From: Candidatus Bathyarchaeota archaeon
Lineage (GTDB): Archaea; Thermoproteota; Bathyarchaeia; 40CM-2-53-6
Direction of reading: 5' to 3'
Assembly: GCA_963833125.1 (NCBI GenBank)
Contig: CAWHWX010000004.1
Location: 96,001-160,000, forward strand
Length of the DNA: 64,000 nt
The notes under the pieces are model-generated. The model had not been told where the DNA came from and searched no databases. It saw only the letters and a list, made by a program, of their open reading frames with translations. The translations under genes were made by a program, and so were the position numbers. How positions within the stretch are numbered: the stretch's first letter is position 1; the number at the start of each line of letters is the position of its first letter. This document shows positions 61,059 through 64,000 of this stretch, piece by piece.

Positions 61059-61379
61059 TCAATTTTCGTTAAGCGCTTGCGGCTTCGTGTTGGTTTCTTC
61101 ATGCTTGCCGTGCGAGAATATGCTCCGTAGTTTTGACGTAATTCTCTGCGAAACCGAACCACTTTGAAAACGTGTCTTCTCGTACTCCGTGACCTCGCCC
61201 GTCCCGGATACGGTGACGTTGGCGTATTGGGTTCCGTTCGTTTCTTTTGTCTGTGTTTCCATTACCCAGATGTCTTGCCGTTGTGCAGATTTGATTTCCG
61301 TTTGTGCGCCTAATTCCTTTGTTTTTACATATTCGAGAGCGATTCGCTTTGCTTCAGTTTCATCGATCATTTTTTCCAT
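61059..61379 (-). CDS. PepSY-like domain protein
   Basis: IDETEAKRIALEYV...WVME...VTVS.TGEV PepSY pattern; no signal peptide. Confidence 0.7.
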   Translation of the reverse strand: MEKMIDETEAKRIALEYVKTKELGAQTEIKSAQRQDIWVMETQTKETNGTQYANVTVSGTGEVTEYEKTRFQSGSVSQRITSKLRSIFSHGKHEETNTKPQALNEN

Positions 61380-61400
61380 GACTGTTTCCCCGTACCTAAC

Positions 61401-61520
61401 TTAGATGTTACGTATACGCTCCGTCAGTTTCTCGAATTTACTCTGCTTCTTAGTAGAGAAATGCGTTTTCAGTTTTTCAAATCTACTCTTTTCTGTACCG
61501 AAATACTTGCTTAGTTTCAT
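61401..61520 (-). CDS. 39-aa basic repeat peptide
   Basis: MKLSKYFGTEKSRFEKLKTHFSTKKQSKFEKLTERIRNI; TTTATAT box 34 nt upstream. Confidence 0.7.
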   Translation of the reverse strand: MKLSKYFGTEKSRFEKLKTHFSTKKQSKFEKLTERIRNI

Positions 61521-61725
61521 ATCGATCTACAATAGATCATAGTCGTTTTGCGGATATAAAGCTATGTATATATATTGTTAAATGTACACGACGCCAGTTA
61601 CGCCGGAATAGGGCAAACGCAGTGTGCTAAAATCTAGAGTTATCGAGTGTTGACGGTGCGACCGCCTTTCGAAGATTAGAGTGTCGACTCTGAAAACAGA
61701 GGCGAGAAACACAAAGGGAGGGAAC

Positions 61726-61893
61726 TCAGATCGCTTTCATGATCTCTTTGATATGCTGTTTAGCGCTGTCCTTGATTTCCTGGAATTCCTGGTTCTTGCC
61801 AAATTCTCCAAGACTTCGTTCAACCATCTCGAAGAGTTTGTCGATATCTTGCAGAAGCCCTGTGAGTTCTCCACGAATCTTTCCTGTGTCCAA
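61726..61893 (-). CDS. 55-aa helical-hairpin microprotein
   Basis: MDTGKIRGELTGLLQDIDKLFEMVERSLGEFGKNQEFQEIKDSAKQHIKEIMKAI; TTATTAAG box ~30 nt upstream; pyrimidine run downstream. Confidence 0.65.
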   Translation of the reverse strand: MDTGKIRGELTGLLQDIDKLFEMVERSLGEFGKNQEFQEIKDSAKQHIKEIMKAI

Positions 61894-62035
61894 TTTTGAT
61901 CTGGATTGAGGGTCGGTTTACGCTTAATAAGCGTTCGCGAAAGATGCGAAGGAAGGGCGTTAGGTTTTGCAAGGAGCAAGCGATGCTGATGTGCGTTGGG
62001 CTTAAGATTAGACGGTTGAATTTAGGGGAATTGTC

Positions 62036-63821
62036 ATGACCTACAAGCCTAGAGACTACGGGATTGAGCACTCATTACTGGAGTGGGTAGCTGCTGTTGC
62101 GAAGATAACTAGACCAGACAACATAGCGTGGTGTGATGGATCTGATGAAGAATTTCAATCTCTCATCAAACTGATGATCGTAGACGGGACACTGATCGAG
62201 CTTAACCAAGAAAAATATCCAAACTGCTATCTGCACAGGAGCAACCCGAACGATGTCGCCAGAACCGAAGAAGCGACCTTCATCTGCACAATGAACAGAG
62301 ATGATGTGGGTCCCACGAATAATTGGATGCCTTCTGATGAAGGTGAAGCAAAGTTACTGAGGCTTTTTGATAATTGCATGATAGGACGAACGATGTATGT
62401 TATCCCATACCTGCTTGGACCTGCAGGTTCGACTTATTCTCAGGTCGGAATTGAGCTGACTGATAGTCGCTATGTCGCTGTGAATATGGAAATCATGACG
62501 AAAGTCGGCAAGGTTGCGCTAGAGCACATGAAGGACGGCGAATTTGTGAAGGGCATCCATTCAACCGGCCAGTTGGACCCCAATAGAAGGTACATTTGCC
62601 ATTTCCCAGATAAGAAGCTCATAATGAGTTTGAACTCGAATTATGGAGGAAACGCCCTTCTCAGCAAGAAATGCCATGCCCTTAGGCTCGCGAGCGTATT
62701 GGCGAGAGATGGAGGATGGCTGGCCGAGCACATGCTGATTATAGGGGTAGAAGACCAAGAGGGCACTGTAACTTATGTGACCGGGGCGTTCCCCAGCGCC
62801 AGCGGTAAAACTAACCTTGCCATGCTCAGGCCGCCAGAATACATGAAGGACTGGAAAGTCTGGGCGGTCAGCGACGACATAGCTTGGATTCATCTAGACT
62901 CCCAAGGCAGATTCAGAGCAATCAACCCCGAGAGTGGATTGTTCGCGGTGGCTCCCAATACTAACATCAAGACCAACCCCGAAATAATGGAAACTGTCAG
63001 AAAGAACACTATATTCACGAATGTCGCCTTGGCAATGGATAGAACTCCTTGGTGGGAAGGCATGGGCGACCATCCCAGAAAACTTTGGGACTGGCAAGGA
63101 AAAGTTTGGACAGCCGGCAAGGGACCCGCTGCCCACCCAAATTCAAGGTTCACAACTTCAATCAATCAATACCGATTCCTATCCCCCGAGTACACTAATC
63201 CGAATGGTGTTCCAATCTCGGCCATAATTTTCGGAGGAAGAAGATCTGACCTTGTTCCGTTAGTTTACGAATCATTCAGCTGGGAACACGGCGTTTTGAT
63301 GGGCGCAATGCTTAGAGTGGAAACTACGGCCGCCGGCTGCAGGGGAGGTTGGAGTTCTAAGATACGATCCCATGGCGATGAAACCATTCTGCGGATATCA
63401 CATTGCCGATTACTTCAGACACTGGCTCTCATTCCGATCAAGAAGCGAAAACCTCCCGAGAATATTCCAGATAAATGCATTCAGAATGGGAAAAGATGGA
63501 AGATTCCTCTGGCCCGGTTACGGTCACAACCTCGTCGTTCTCAAATGGATTATTGACAGATGTAAAGGCAGGGCTGATGCAATAGAAACCCCCATAGGCT
63601 ACGTTCCGACGCCTGAGTCACTCAACTTGACCGGGGTGAATCTACCGGGATGCACAATCGAAGATTTGCTTCGAGTCGATAAAACAGCGTGGATGGACGA
63701 AATCGAATCCTCTTGGTTATTCTTCAAAACCCTCGGAGAACAATTTCCTGAAACATTGTACCAGGAGCTTTCGAAACTGAGAGATAGACTACAAAATCCG
63801 AGCTCCTCACCACACCAATAA
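62036..63821 (+). CDS. pckG: GTP-dependent phosphoenolpyruvate carboxykinase (frameshift near 63335)
   Basis: DVARTE, YGGNALLSKKC, WLAEHM, FPSASGKTNLAM, DDIAW, HPNSRF, DPMAMKPFCGY. Confidence 0.95.
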
Positions 63822-63834
63822 GGGATTGATTCTG

Positions 63835-63999
63835 TTACGTCCGCCCATCGGATTTTCGCGTGCGTGGTACCTCGCTGGTCGCTTCTTCCAGTATTGTGTA
63901 GGCTCGTAGGCCATCAGACTCCTCGAGTATCAAAATAATATCTTCGTATCCTAGGAATGCGTCTATGATGTTTATTCCGTTGCGGTAGAGCAAGTCGGT
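63835..63999 (-). CDS. C-terminal part of an ACT-like domain protein (truncated by window edge)
   Basis: ...TDLLYRNGINIIDAFLGYEDIILILEE...GLRAYTILE. Confidence 0.6.
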   Translation of the reverse strand, partial: TDLLYRNGINIIDAFLGYEDIILILEESDGLRAYTILEEATSEVPRTRKSDGRT

Positions 64000-64000
64000 T

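Noticed and set aside
1-64000. CRISPR array, rRNA or tRNA genes
   Set aside because: No regularly spaced repeat-spacer run and no cloverleaf/T-loop or rRNA-like segment seen by eye; a covariance-model scan would be needed to exclude small ncRNAs

Overview
Archaeal chromosomal segment (~50% GC). Gene content (thermosome, Clp1, alternative ADH-synthase/DHQ-synthase-II shikimate route, TFS family, F420-dependent enzymes) points to a TACK archaeon, possibly Bathyarchaeia; the lineage is inferred. It carries a lysC-asd-aroA'-aroB'-aroD-aroE-aroK-aroA-aroC operon, a chorismate mutase/aminotransferase fusion with prephenate dehydrogenase, a trpEGDCFBA operon, eno, tmk, deoC, pckG, pepC, an orphan DNA methyltransferase and many accessory genes. 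About 17 genes are broken by single-base indels, most repairable by removing one G/C, probably sequencing errors. I saw no rRNA, tRNA or CRISPR array. Best leads not in the ORF track: (i) a 187-bp IS6-like MITE with 14-bp TIRs, 8-bp TSD and a perfect 28-bp palindrome; (ii) a three-gene micro-operon (KLxxxF-repeat peptide, PepSY-like protein, 65-aa Tyr/Gln/Pro-repeat protein); (iii) a GLUE/PH + winged-helix protein resembling ESCRT-II Vps36; (iv) an attenuator-like leader before lysC-aro; (v) a paired TRP-box-like operator at the trpE promoter; (vi) a TFS paralogue lacking the acidic catalytic pair, with neighbouring Zn-finger microproteins; (vii) CTG start codons.
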